In this document: in pieces, positions 37,007 through 47,387 of the stretch
Layout: the number at the start of each line of letters is the position of its first letter
Position numbering within the stretch: position 1 is the first letter of the stretch
NCBI GenBank assembly: GCA_964487045.1
Contig: CAZAOT010000003.1
Coordinates: forward strand, 72,983 to 136,982
DNA length: 64,000 bases
Source: an uncultured Candidatus Saccharibacteria bacterium
GTDB lineage: Bacteria; Patescibacteriota; UBA1384; DTJR01
Direction of reading: 5' to 3'
Program-made: the position numbers and the translations under genes
The notes under the pieces: model-generated
Database searches by the model: none
What the model was told of the DNA's origin: nothing
The model's input: the letters and a program-made list of their open reading frames with translations, nothing else

Positions 37007-37681
37007 TTGATGAATAAATCACTCAAGCTTAATGGTATCGAAGATATTAATCTACTGGCGGTTTTGGGGCATTCGAATAAGTCGGCAAAAATTGACGATC
37101 CGATGACTTTTGATGCGAGAGTAAGGTGCCGCGCGGCTGGAGTTTTGTATAAAGAAAAGAAGGTTAAGCAAATTGCACTCCTTGGCGGGGGTAACGATAA
37201 GGTTATGAAAGTGGCCGAAGGAGAAAGAATGCGCAATTATCTTAAGGATTCTTTCGACATTCCCGATGATTTGATGACAACCGAAAGTGAAGGCGTTAAC
37301 ACCATTACGGATATTGTTTCAATCCTTTTGAATATAAAAAAAGAGAAGATCGATCCAGAAAAAGTTGTATTTGTAACCTCTGACTACAATTCAGTTAGGG
37401 TCAAAATGGTGCTCGAAATATTAGGCGCTGCTAAGATGGCCGTATTTTCCTCTGAGAGAATATTGCTCGAGTCAGGAGATTATTATTCTCATCAAGCCGG
37501 GGAATATATGGAAAGTAAAGAATATCAAAAACGTCTTTTATATGAATCATACTGGATTGCCAAGACTGTCTTTGATGCAAAATACACCGAACAGGCCAGG
37601 GAAATTCTTGAAATTAAAAAAAATCCGTTAGAACTATACAAAGATTTGCCACGACGAGAGATGGATAACATTGATACTTAG
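37007..37681 (+). CDS. DUF218 (YdcF/ElyC-like) domain protein
   Basis: LLGGGNDKV and FVTSDYNSVRVKMVLE-type motifs. Confidence 0.4.
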   Translation: MMNKSLKLNGIEDINLLAVLGHSNKSAKIDDPMTFDARVRCRAAGVLYKEKKVKQIALLGGGNDKVMKVAEGERMRNYLKDSFDIPDDLMTTESEGVNTITDIVSILLNIKKEKIDPEKVVFVTSDYNSVRVKMVLEILGAAKMAVFSSERILLESGDYYSHQAGEYMESKEYQKRLLYESYWIAKTVFDAKYTEQAREILEIKKNPLELYKDLPRREMDNIDT

Positions 37682-37689
37682 GAGGAATC

Positions 37690-39642
37690 TTGAACAAAGA
37701 ATATGAGGGTATTTCTCCTGAAATTGAAGAAGATGAAAGACGGGAGAGCCAAGCAGATGCACTCATTGTGTTTGGATTTGGAATTAAAGATCCAAACTGG
37801 ATGCAGAAACGCAAAGAAGCTGAAGAAGCCGGTGTTGATCCTGAAACAATTTCAGATCAGTCGGAGGGTTGGATGCTTTCTCTGGGCGCAAAAATGCGAG
37901 TGCAAGCAGCGGCAGAATTATATTTAAAGGGTGCGACTCGAGAAGTTATTTTTACAGGTGGAGCTACTAGAACTAAAGATGGTTTGCAGCAAACGGAAGC
38001 CCAGGTTATGGAAGATTATTTTCTGCATATCCTTCGAAAGCGAAAATTTGAACAATTAAAGGGCGATAGAGTGCAGCTTTCCGAAACGGAAAGACGTGAT
38101 ATTGATGTTGTCTCTACTGCTTATATTCAGGAAGCTAAAACCCATATTATTAAAGAGGATAAAGCCAGCAATACAATCGAAAATTTTTCCAGAACACTTG
38201 CGATGTTTGATAATAATCCTAATAAATATAAAAAAATCGCACTTCTTTCCAGTAAATTTCATATTGACCGGATTGGACAGCTTTCAGAACAATTTTTATT
38301 ACCTGCTGATGAAGAGTATGGTGCCGAAGAGGTAATGGCAGAATCGAGAAAAGGAAAGAGGCATGAAGCTTTATATACTGATGTGTTAAATGATTATCTC
38401 GAATCCGAGGAATATTATAATTTTACTCTGCGAGAGAACCAATGGAGGGGAGGTTTGAGGAAGGTACCTGAATATTTTCTTCCTCAAACTATTTTTGTAG
38501 ATATAGATCGATTTCGAGAAATACTTAGAAGCATGGCATTGCAGGATGAAGTATATGCAAATAAACTTTCTGAGCTTGGTATAAATCCGGATTCTCTAGA
38601 TGATCTTAGCGAAGAGCAGTTAAATGATATCAAGAATAAGATAGAGTCTATTGAAAGAATCCTACCTCCGCAGAGTTGGGCCGAAGTTAATCCCGAGCAA
38701 ATATTTGCTACACCGCCAGCTAGGTTTGAAAAGAGATCCGAGTATACTGATCCTCTTGAAAGAGCAAGGCATTTAGAAACATTGATTTTTAGTGATGTAG
38801 ATGGCACTTTGCGCGGCGAGGGAGCAAATGATCGCCTGGTAGGTGAATACATTAGGCTCGCCGAACGTTGTTCGGGTGAAATAATTTTAACTTCTAGTCG
38901 CTCGAGAGGAGATCTGGAGACGCTTAAGGATCTATACAGGATGAATGAACTTGCCCCGGTTATTTTTGAAAATGGCGCCGGTGTAGCTTTCGATAATAGG
39001 CTAGTTGATATTGGCATGCTAAAACAAATTGCATCTGAAGAGGGTTTTTCTCATGTTAATTTTGTATCAAGCGCAAATACGACAATAGTGGAATTTTCAC
39101 CGAGTCGGCAGAGTTTGAGGCCTGTTTTTGACGAAGTCGCTAAGGAGACGGGGTTGAAATATCATTATGTATTGGATTTACCTGCTCAGGATATAGCTGA
39201 GCTATATAATATCAGTCTCGAGCAAGCTGAGGATATTAAACAGCAAGTTCCTCGCGAGGAAAAATTATTCATGGAAAATATCGTTTTCGAGGAGTCTGCT
39301 TCGGAAGATGAGATCCAGGAATTTGCGCTAAAAGCAAAAGATAGAGGTCTTCACCTAACCAGGGCAAGGATAACTTGGCATTTGATGAGTTCTAATGTCA
39401 ATAAAGGCGAGGCAGTTAGATTTGTACAAAAGGTTTATAAGCATTTGAGTCAAAATTATCGCTTATCGGTAGCGGTTGGAGATGCTCCTAATGATTTTGA
39501 AATGTTTAAACAATGTGATGAGGCGTATTATGTCGGTGATGATAAGTACGTGGTAGAGGGGAGCCATGAGACAGAAAAGAAGAGGTCTGAAGGTGTAATA
39601 GAGTTAATTAGAAATAAATTTCTTAATATGAGGGAACAATGA
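37690..39642 (+). CDS. Fusion protein: N-terminal DUF218-like domain plus C-terminal HAD-IIB-type phosphatase domain
   Basis: ALIVFGFG..IFTGGATR; HAD motif I IFSDVDGTL and C-terminal GDAPND. Confidence 0.45.
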   Translation: MNKEYEGISPEIEEDERRESQADALIVFGFGIKDPNWMQKRKEAEEAGVDPETISDQSEGWMLSLGAKMRVQAAAELYLKGATREVIFTGGATRTKDGLQQTEAQVMEDYFLHILRKRKFEQLKGDRVQLSETERRDIDVVSTAYIQEAKTHIIKEDKASNTIENFSRTLAMFDNNPNKYKKIALLSSKFHIDRIGQLSEQFLLPADEEYGAEEVMAESRKGKRHEALYTDVLNDYLESEEYYNFTLRENQWRGGLRKVPEYFLPQTIFVDIDRFREILRSMALQDEVYANKLSELGINPDSLDDLSEEQLNDIKNKIESIERILPPQSWAEVNPEQIFATPPARFEKRSEYTDPLERARHLETLIFSDVDGTLRGEGANDRLVGEYIRLAERCSGEIILTSSRSRGDLETLKDLYRMNELAPVIFENGAGVAFDNRLVDIGMLKQIASEEGFSHVNFVSSANTTIVEFSPSRQSLRPVFDEVAKETGLKYHYVLDLPAQDIAELYNISLEQAEDIKQQVPREEKLFMENIVFEESASEDEIQEFALKAKDRGLHLTRARITWHLMSSNVNKGEAVRFVQKVYKHLSQNYRLSVAVGDAPNDFEMFKQCDEAYYVGDDKYVVEGSHETEKKRSEGVIELIRNKFLNMREQ

Positions 39643-40727
39643 AGATATTGATGGTAGCACCACTTCGTCGACCAATTGACCCAGATATAACTGCCTCGAG
39701 GCCGAGAGTTATATTGGATTTAATTGAGGGTCTGATAAAAGAGGGTCATGAGGTTTCAGTTCTTGGAACAGGCGACTCCGAAATTCCAAATGCTAAGTTG
39801 ATTCCATTAATTGATAAAGCGATTAATTTTATGCCCGCTTTTGAAAATCCTTTTTATGCAGAAACAGGCTTTTTGGTCAGATGTGCAAAAAAACTTGAGG
39901 AATTATCTGGTGAGTTCGATATTATCCACAATCATCAATTTCCGGAATTTATTAATTTATTAATTGAAGACAAATTAAAATGTCCAATGATAACAACGGT
40001 ACATGCTCAGATGACTCCGGAGATGGATGAAGCACTTGCCTGTTTTCCGGATTCTAATCTTGTAGCAATATCCGAATCTGCAAGTAGCTTGGCTAAAAAA
40101 GCGAAAATGTTAAAAGTCGTTTATAACGGAGTTGACACCAATCTTTATTCTTTTACTGAAGATAAAGAGGACTATCTACTTTGGATTGGAAGGCTTGCAA
40201 AATCAAAGGATGACAATGGTGAGTTTATTGATCCAAAAGGTGTTAAGTGGGCAATAAAATTGGCTGAGGCGACAGGTAGTCGACTAAAATTAGGCGGAAA
40301 TGTAGAAGATCAAGATTTCTATGATCAGGAAGTTAAGCCTCATCTGAACGATAAAATTGAATGGATCGGACCGATTTCCGCAGAGCAACCGCTATCAAAA
40401 GCTGAAGTAGCAGGCCTGATGCAAAAAGCTAAAGCATTTCTAATGACGATAAATTGGGAAGAGCCATTTGGATTAGTTATGGCAGAGTCGATGAGTTGTG
40501 GAACTCCTATTATTGCATTTAGGCGCGGGTCAGTACCTGAGATTATTGAAGATAGGAAAACGGGATTTATTGTGGAGCCTGAAAAAGGAGTTGATGGTCT
40601 AGTCGAAGCTTATGAAAAGATCAAGCAAATAAATCCAACTGATTGCAGAGATCTAGTGCTTAATAAATTCTCAATTCAAAAAATGGTTGAAAATTACGAG
40701 AAGGCATATATTGAACTTGTAAAATAA
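39639..40727 (+). CDS. Glycosyltransferase family 4
   Basis: EPFGLVMAESMSCGTPIIAFRRGSVPEII. Confidence 0.65.
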   Translation: MKILMVAPLRRPIDPDITASRPRVILDLIEGLIKEGHEVSVLGTGDSEIPNAKLIPLIDKAINFMPAFENPFYAETGFLVRCAKKLEELSGEFDIIHNHQFPEFINLLIEDKLKCPMITTVHAQMTPEMDEALACFPDSNLVAISESASSLAKKAKMLKVVYNGVDTNLYSFTEDKEDYLLWIGRLAKSKDDNGEFIDPKGVKWAIKLAEATGSRLKLGGNVEDQDFYDQEVKPHLNDKIEWIGPISAEQPLSKAEVAGLMQKAKAFLMTINWEEPFGLVMAESMSCGTPIIAFRRGSVPEIIEDRKTGFIVEPEKGVDGLVEAYEKIKQINPTDCRDLVLNKFSIQKMVENYEKAYIELVK

Positions 40728-40736
40728 AGAAAAAAT

Positions 40737-41807
40737 ATGAAAAAACCAAAAATAGTTTATTATACGACACCGTATGGATACGGGCATGTTGTAAGAGCGA
40801 ACGCAATTATACAGGCGATTGGAGGTCGTGCTGACGTACATTTGATAGCGGCGATTGATATTATTTTTGATCTAGCTAAAAATATTCATTTTCATAAAAT
40901 TGATGAAATTCCTGGCTCGGTAAGGTTTGATTGTCCAATATATTATGAAGATAAAGAGGGGAAAACTCCAAGTACAAGTTCGGGAAAGCATATTGAAGAA
41001 TTTCGAACTCATACGCGAAAATTCGTTGATCTTCTTTGTGATATTAATCCCGATCTAGTCATTATTGATGTAACTCCGGAATTTGCGATTTTTGCGAAGA
41101 TATTGGGTTTTGAAAGCGCCCAGGTTTTAATCACCGGCAAAAGAGATGATTTACGAAATAAAGTGTCTTTGTGCAGCGTTGATCATGTGATAGTTCCATA
41201 CCCGGAAAATTTTGTTGATTTGTCTTACTTACCTGCTGAAGCTCGAAAAAATATATTTTATAGTGGCGCTTTCTCTAGGTTTGATGGCAAGCGAATTATT
41301 TCAAAAGATGATGCAAAAAAGAAACTTGGAATTCCAAGTGATAAGAAATTAGTTGTTTGTGCTTTTGGCCGAGGCGATTTAGGGGGCAAGGTAGTCAAAA
41401 AGGTTGAAGAAATCGCAAAATCTAAAGAATTTGCCGACTGCCAGTTTAAAATATTCGGCAATATTCCGAACGTTGATGAATATCTTAATGCAGCTGATTT
41501 TGCGATTTCAGGTGCTGGAGATAATACAGTGATGGAAAATTGTTATTATCGGGTTCCGATGATAATGATTCCGCTTAAAAGGCGTTATGATGAGCAGGTT
41601 CTCAAAGCTGAAGCGCTAGAGAAAATAGGAGCGGGAAAAATTATTTTAGAGGATGAAATAGATAGCAAGTTACAAGATGAATTACGTCGACTGATATCAG
41701 ACGAGGGGTATCGTGAAGAAGCTGCCAAAGCTGAAGGAAAGTTTGTTGACGGCCATGGAGCTGAGAGACTTGCTGATGAAATAATACGGTGGACTAAGCT
41801 TAGCTAA
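40737..41807 (+). CDS. GT28/GT1-type (MurG-like fold) glycosyltransferase
   Basis: C-terminal ADFAISGAGDNTVMEN..P.I.IP motif. Confidence 0.5.
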   Translation: MKKPKIVYYTTPYGYGHVVRANAIIQAIGGRADVHLIAAIDIIFDLAKNIHFHKIDEIPGSVRFDCPIYYEDKEGKTPSTSSGKHIEEFRTHTRKFVDLLCDINPDLVIIDVTPEFAIFAKILGFESAQVLITGKRDDLRNKVSLCSVDHVIVPYPENFVDLSYLPAEARKNIFYSGAFSRFDGKRIISKDDAKKKLGIPSDKKLVVCAFGRGDLGGKVVKKVEEIAKSKEFADCQFKIFGNIPNVDEYLNAADFAISGAGDNTVMENCYYRVPMIMIPLKRRYDEQVLKAEALEKIGAGKIILEDEIDSKLQDELRRLISDEGYREEAAKAEGKFVDGHGAERLADEIIRWTKLS

Positions 41808-41901
41808 TAGTTGACTCTTGATTCAATTTGATGTATAGTAATTGCCTCGGTTAAAGTATATGATATTATCATAAATAGTTATTTTAACCTTCGGAGGAAG
41901 T

Positions 41902-42996
41902 ATGAATTATGCCGTTATAATGGCTGGTGGATCTGGTACAAGACTTTGGCCCATGAGCCGAAAACAGAAGCCTAAACAGCTTCATAATTTAGTTTCTGAT
42001 AAAACCCTTATTCAAGAAACATATAATAGATTGCTTAAGGCGTTACCCGAGGAAAATATCTATGTTTCTACGACTAGTTCATATGTAGATGAGATTAGAA
42101 AGCAGCTTCCTAAAATTCCGCGAGAAAATTTTATTATTGAGCCTTCTTCTCGCAATACTGGACCAGCGCTCGCCTATTTGGCAAAAGTTATTGCGATGAA
42201 GGACCCGGAGGCTATTATTGCCACTATTGCTTCTGATCATATAGTTAAAAATATTGATGTTTTCGCCAATACTGTCAAAACGGCTTTTGAAGCAGCTAAA
42301 AAATTTCCTGATCATTTGATTGCGGTTGGGATTAATCCTACTAAACCAGATACCGGACTGGGTTATATCAAAATGGGCTCGATGAAGGTAGAGATTAACG
42401 ATGAGAAGGTTTTTGAAGTCGATACGTTTGTAGAAAAACCAGATCACAAAACAGCGGAAAAGTATTTACAGAGCTGGGAATATTTATGGAATGGTGCTTA
42501 TTATTTCTTCTCGGCCAAATCGATGCTCGGATGGATAAAGAAGTATCGTCCAGAGATGCTCAAGACAATCGAAGAGATCGGCGAGCTTATAGCGCAGGGT
42601 GCTAATGGTACTACGCAAACTAAGATTAAGTCCCTTTATGAGTCACTCGAAAATGAACAATTCGAGAACGCAATTATCGAGCAGGAAGATTTCACTAAAG
42701 TCTTAGTTATTCCTGCAGATCTTGGCTGGTCCGATATTGGCAACTGGGGAACTCTTCACGATGTATTAACTGAAACATATGGAAGTGAGATGATTTCGAG
42801 GGGTTATCATATAGATGTTGATTCGAAAGGTTGCTTGATTTATGGTGGTGAAAAAATGGTTGCTACCCTTGGACTAGAGAATATTATTGTTATTGATACT
42901 CCTGATGTAATGCTGATTGCAGACAAGAGAAGGGCTCAGGACGTTAAAAAGTTACTAGAAAAACTTAAAGACGAAGGTAAGCACTTATATTTGTAA
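41902..42996 (+). CDS. Mannose-1-phosphate guanylyltransferase-type sugar nucleotidyltransferase
   Basis: AVIMAGGSGTRLWP N-terminus. Confidence 0.65.
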   Translation: MNYAVIMAGGSGTRLWPMSRKQKPKQLHNLVSDKTLIQETYNRLLKALPEENIYVSTTSSYVDEIRKQLPKIPRENFIIEPSSRNTGPALAYLAKVIAMKDPEAIIATIASDHIVKNIDVFANTVKTAFEAAKKFPDHLIAVGINPTKPDTGLGYIKMGSMKVEINDEKVFEVDTFVEKPDHKTAEKYLQSWEYLWNGAYYFFSAKSMLGWIKKYRPEMLKTIEEIGELIAQGANGTTQTKIKSLYESLENEQFENAIIEQEDFTKVLVIPADLGWSDIGNWGTLHDVLTETYGSEMISRGYHIDVDSKGCLIYGGEKMVATLGLENIIVIDTPDVMLIADKRRAQDVKKLLEKLKDEGKHLYL

Positions 42997-42997
42997 G

Positions 42998-43864
42998 ATG
43001 AAGATTCTTGTTCACCGAGTCCCGCTATGCGTAAAAAATGACAAGTTAGTTGAAAGCGGTGAATTGAACTCTCCAGAGTTTGATTTTAAGGGTCATTTTG
43101 CGAAAGAGACGATTGTCACTCTTGGTAGGTTTATGGTTTGCTACAAAGCCAAACCTTGGATGATTAATGATCTCATGATTATCGATGGTGACAAGGAGTA
43201 TGTAAAAAGTCCATCCGAGCTTGATGAGGAAGACTCAAATATTTTGAATTCTATTATTAATATTGCTATTGCGGAATTATCTAGTAATTCACAGATTAGC
43301 AAGATCGTCGTCGGAGCCAATATTAATCCCCTTCCTGAGAAAGAAGATCATGAATCGATCTGGCGTCTTCATGTGCATGTTTGTGGTTTGACAAAGGGTG
43401 AAGTCGAAAAAATGGAGATTTTAGACGAAGAAACAAATATTTATGAAGATGAAATAATCGAGCAATTTAAAAAAGAAATCGCCCAGCTCGATGGTTTTGA
43501 AGAATATGCCTATGGGGCAAGAAAAGATTTGGAAAATATAAAAGATGGTAATTTTATGGATGAAATTAAGTACATAGATATCAAGGTTAAAGAAATACTT
43601 TCTAAATTTGTAAGTAAATTTTCAGTAATTTCTTATTCTTTTTCTATAATAATAGAAGACGACCGGGCAAGTATGTACGTTTCCCCTAAGTCCAGAGATG
43701 GACGAGGGGTGCTTGAAGCAGTTGGAATTATACTTGATCGAGAAGAAAATCTTGAAATTGATAAAGATTTTATTGATGGAAGGAATAAATTTTTGAAAAG
43801 AGTGCAGGACAAACTAATTCAAATAGATGGCGCCAAAATTGGAAAGCTAAAATTGGAGGAATAA
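42998..43864 (+). CDS. Hypothetical protein (possible HIT-like HVHV motif)
   Basis: ORF only. Confidence 0.35.
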   Translation: MKILVHRVPLCVKNDKLVESGELNSPEFDFKGHFAKETIVTLGRFMVCYKAKPWMINDLMIIDGDKEYVKSPSELDEEDSNILNSIINIAIAELSSNSQISKIVVGANINPLPEKEDHESIWRLHVHVCGLTKGEVEKMEILDEETNIYEDEIIEQFKKEIAQLDGFEEYAYGARKDLENIKDGNFMDEIKYIDIKVKEILSKFVSKFSVISYSFSIIIEDDRASMYVSPKSRDGRGVLEAVGIILDREENLEIDKDFIDGRNKFLKRVQDKLIQIDGAKIGKLKLEE

Positions 43865-45756
43865 TGAAAAGCAGTGAAAATCTTATAAATATTGTTAAGA
43901 AACTTGGCCGAAGAGGAGAAGAAGTAATTCCAGTTGGCGAGGATCTTACTGACGTTTTTGGTAGGAGACTGAAATTCGAAGGGCAGGCAATTGATCTTGA
44001 GAAGAACCAGTTGAACAAGGCGGCGCAAGATTTGCTCAAAGAGCTTCAAACTGAGGGCTCGGAGATAGAGAAAGTTCTTAGAGGACAAGTAATGTGGTAT
44101 GACGTTCGGTCTTCGGTTTGGAAAGAGCATCCTGAACTTTCTGCTCTTATGGCACTTGCCTACGCTAAAGTCTTGATTGAAAGAACTGGAAAAACTACTG
44201 GTCATACGCTTAATATCGCGGTTGATTGTTACAAGAAGCATTATGAGTCAATGTCGGTGTTTGCGGATACAATTATTAGAACTGGAATCGTACGAGATGG
44301 TGGTGGCGTGATTTATTGGGGCGTTCAAAATGGAGGGTCTATTAGAAATGTTGCTCAGGCAGAGCGAGCATTTACTGGTGAAAATGGAAACTGGATTTTT
44401 GGAACAATGAGTCATAGAGCCGAGGATTATGTCGGTGCTAAATTTGGAATGCAGGGCAAGGTTTTTTGCGGTCCTGATCTAATGAATGATTTATATGGAA
44501 AAATAATTTCTGGAGACTTTCCTGAATTAATTGAGATAGCATCTCCTGAAGAATATGCTGTTACGGTTGGTGATTTAACTGCAAATAATATTGATATTGT
44601 TGAGGACTTGGTCAGAGCTAGAACTGGTACGAAAAAGCCGAAAGAAGAAATTCTTGCTGGTATGAAGGTTGGTATGAATATGTGCGGTAGCCCAGTTGGC
44701 AAAAACCTACTTGATATTCTCAAGGCGTTTGGAGCGGATGTAGTAGCTATGAATGATGTTTTGAATGAGAATTATTCAACTGCTAATATTGTTGACCCAA
44801 ATGAACATGAATCTGAAGCGATGGAGGATATGAAAGAAAAAGCTAAAGAAAATGGAAGAATCTATCTAGCGCTTGACCCAGACGGAGATAGGGGGACTGT
44901 GATTGCGCTTGATTCAAATGGTAAGCCAGAGTCGTTGACAGGTACTGAGCTACTTCTTCTGGCGACTGAGAATCTTGCTACTTATAATCCAAATAAACTA
45001 CAGGCGGACGTTATCTACGACATGAGAACTGGTATTTCAATCTCTATGCTCCAAGAAGCACTCACTAAAGCTGGATTTCCGATAAAGACTCTCGCGGCCG
45101 AACCTGGATATCCATTCTTTATGGAAATGATGGGAAATAACGAAGGGGCAGTTATAGCTGTTGAGAATACTAGCCATCAATTTCTTACGCCGATGACCAA
45201 TCCAATCTGGGGTGCACCAAAATATTATCCTGGGGTTCAAGGTGGAGACGATGGTGCAATCTTCTTGGTTTATATTCTCTCGCTTTGTCATGAAAAGTGG
45301 GAAGGAAGAAATCCGATTGAACAACTTGAGTTCTTGAGAGAGAAGTATAAAATGCCGAAAACTTTGATCCGGGAGTTCAAACCGACAGTGGATAAAAAAG
45401 ATGCTATGAGAAAATATGATCTTGCTGAGGCGATGTGCAACATTGTAAATGATGAGATCGATGGTAGTAAATATCAGATCGATACTATGAATAGTGGAGT
45501 AAGGTTAACCGATCATAGCAAGCAAGCGATGGTTCTTATCAGATACTCTAACACCGGTCCATCGTTTACCGCTTCAGGAGAAGCGGTGAGCAAGGAGGAT
45601 AGTGATTTCATGTTCTCTTTAGGTGGGGCGATTATGGCCAAAGCTGTCGCAAAAGTAAAAAAAGAAAAAGGTGACTTTGAATTTGACTTTGCTAACTATA
45701 GCGAATTCGGTAATATCGATGAAGCTAAGTACAATAAAATAATTAGCGAGGTATAA
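43864..45756 (+). CDS. Divergent alpha-D-phosphohexomutase-like protein
   Basis: GTMSHR (phosphoserine loop-like), LDPDGDRG metal loop, IRYSNTGPS phosphate-binding-like motif. Confidence 0.45.
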   Translation: MKSSENLINIVKKLGRRGEEVIPVGEDLTDVFGRRLKFEGQAIDLEKNQLNKAAQDLLKELQTEGSEIEKVLRGQVMWYDVRSSVWKEHPELSALMALAYAKVLIERTGKTTGHTLNIAVDCYKKHYESMSVFADTIIRTGIVRDGGGVIYWGVQNGGSIRNVAQAERAFTGENGNWIFGTMSHRAEDYVGAKFGMQGKVFCGPDLMNDLYGKIISGDFPELIEIASPEEYAVTVGDLTANNIDIVEDLVRARTGTKKPKEEILAGMKVGMNMCGSPVGKNLLDILKAFGADVVAMNDVLNENYSTANIVDPNEHESEAMEDMKEKAKENGRIYLALDPDGDRGTVIALDSNGKPESLTGTELLLLATENLATYNPNKLQADVIYDMRTGISISMLQEALTKAGFPIKTLAAEPGYPFFMEMMGNNEGAVIAVENTSHQFLTPMTNPIWGAPKYYPGVQGGDDGAIFLVYILSLCHEKWEGRNPIEQLEFLREKYKMPKTLIREFKPTVDKKDAMRKYDLAEAMCNIVNDEIDGSKYQIDTMNSGVRLTDHSKQAMVLIRYSNTGPSFTASGEAVSKEDSDFMFSLGGAIMAKAVAKVKKEKGDFEFDFANYSEFGNIDEAKYNKIISEV

Positions 45757-45758
45757 CT

Positions 45759-46394
45759 GTGGGTAAGACGAAAGTATTTATAGATCTTGACGATACGTTG
45801 ATTGACACCGCTCAGATCAAGCATGATATTTTTGGCAAAATCGCTCTTATGGGTGTGCCTATGGCAGAAATAGCGTCAAGCTACAGCGAAGCGCGCAAAC
45901 AATTCGGCGCTGACTATCTTAAGCCTTTTGCTGAGTCATTTCAGGAATTTGGGATTGATGGCGAGATTTTGTACAATGGTCTGCAGCAAATGATTCTGCA
46001 ACATATGGATAAATATTTACTAGAAGATCGTCTTGTGTGGCTAGATCGGTTTCAGAGTGATCAATATGAAATGTACTTGCTCACTCACGGTAACCCTGAT
46101 ATTCAGGAGAGAAAGGTTCAGGGCCTTCATTTAGAAAATCTCTTTGAAGATAGAGTGATTTATGTGCAAGACAATAAGGCCGACTACATAAAGAAACTTC
46201 TAGGGCCTGGTGAGAAATTTATTTTGGTTGATGATAAAAAGGAAGTACTGGATGAAATTATCAATGAATACCCAGAACAAGCCGAAGTTTGGGAAGCAAC
46301 CAAAAGCGTAGACGATCAAGGCGAAATTACATACAATGATCCAGAAGGGTATTATAGTCCGCTTGATATTGCCCGAGAAGGAAAAAATTATTAA
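45759..46394 (+). CDS. HAD-superfamily hydrolase
   Basis: VFIDLDDTLIDT motif I. Confidence 0.55.
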   Translation: MGKTKVFIDLDDTLIDTAQIKHDIFGKIALMGVPMAEIASSYSEARKQFGADYLKPFAESFQEFGIDGEILYNGLQQMILQHMDKYLLEDRLVWLDRFQSDQYEMYLLTHGNPDIQERKVQGLHLENLFEDRVIYVQDNKADYIKKLLGPGEKFILVDDKKEVLDEIINEYPEQAEVWEATKSVDDQGEITYNDPEGYYSPLDIAREGKNY

Positions 46395-46406
46395 TAAGGA
46401 GTCTTT

Positions 46407-47330
46407 ATGGCAAAAATTTTAGTTACCGGTGGAGCTGGCTTTATTGGTTCGAACTTTTCCAATCTAATGAGTCAAAAAGGGCATGAAGTTGTTGCTTTTG
46501 ATAACCTTTCTCTTGGAAAAAAGGACAATCTTTCCGAAAAAGTAAAATTTGTTGAAGGTGACGTTAATAAAGAAGAAGATCTGCTTAGTGCTGGAGAAGA
46601 TTTTGATTATATTATTCATTTAGCTGCTTCCTCCTCTGCTCCAATGTTCGCCGAAAATATGTACTGGGCTTATCAGAATAATGTTTCGGGTCATGTCAGG
46701 GTCATGCAATATGCGAAAAAAATTGGTGTTAAGAAAATGTTGTTTGCCTCTACTTCTTCAATTTACGGCAACAATCCGACACCACTTACCGAAGACCAAG
46801 AAGTGATTCCTCCGAACCATTATTCGGTGACAAAGTTTGCTCAAGAAGGTGCTTCCCGTGTTTTTTCTAAAGCGGAGGGCTTAGAGATAATTGCTTTCAG
46901 ATTTATGTCGATTTACGGGTTAAACGAAGGTCACAAAACATATTTCGCTAATCTAGTTTCGCAATTTATTTGGTCAATGGCTAAAGACGAAGAGCCGGTT
47001 CTGTATGGTGATGGTACGCAGGAGAGGGATTTTACTAACGTAAAAGACGTTTGCCAGGGTATTGAAAAGGCGATGGAAACAGAAAAAAAATACGGATTTA
47101 CAATCTTCAATATCGGTACGCACAAGGCGATTAATCTATTGGAATTAGTTGAAATGATCAATAAGGCGCTTGGCAAAAATATTAAGCCGAAACTTATCCC
47201 GAATCCAGTTAAGGAAGGTTATGTGAAAAGCCAACTTGCCAGTATTGATAAGATATCAAGTGAACTTGGGTATGAACCGACGGTAGAACTCGAGGACGGA
47301 ATTAAAGAAATTGTTGATAACCTAAAGTAA
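46407..47330 (+). CDS. NAD-dependent nucleotide-sugar epimerase/dehydratase (GalE-like)
   Basis: ILVTGGAGFIGSN; YxxxK region. Confidence 0.7.
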   Translation: MAKILVTGGAGFIGSNFSNLMSQKGHEVVAFDNLSLGKKDNLSEKVKFVEGDVNKEEDLLSAGEDFDYIIHLAASSSAPMFAENMYWAYQNNVSGHVRVMQYAKKIGVKKMLFASTSSIYGNNPTPLTEDQEVIPPNHYSVTKFAQEGASRVFSKAEGLEIIAFRFMSIYGLNEGHKTYFANLVSQFIWSMAKDEEPVLYGDGTQERDFTNVKDVCQGIEKAMETEKKYGFTIFNIGTHKAINLLELVEMINKALGKNIKPKLIPNPVKEGYVKSQLASIDKISSELGYEPTVELEDGIKEIVDNLK

Positions 47331-47387
47331 ACTTGTTTCGCACTAATAATTAGGTTAGAATTTAACTGAACAATAACAGGAGGGTTT

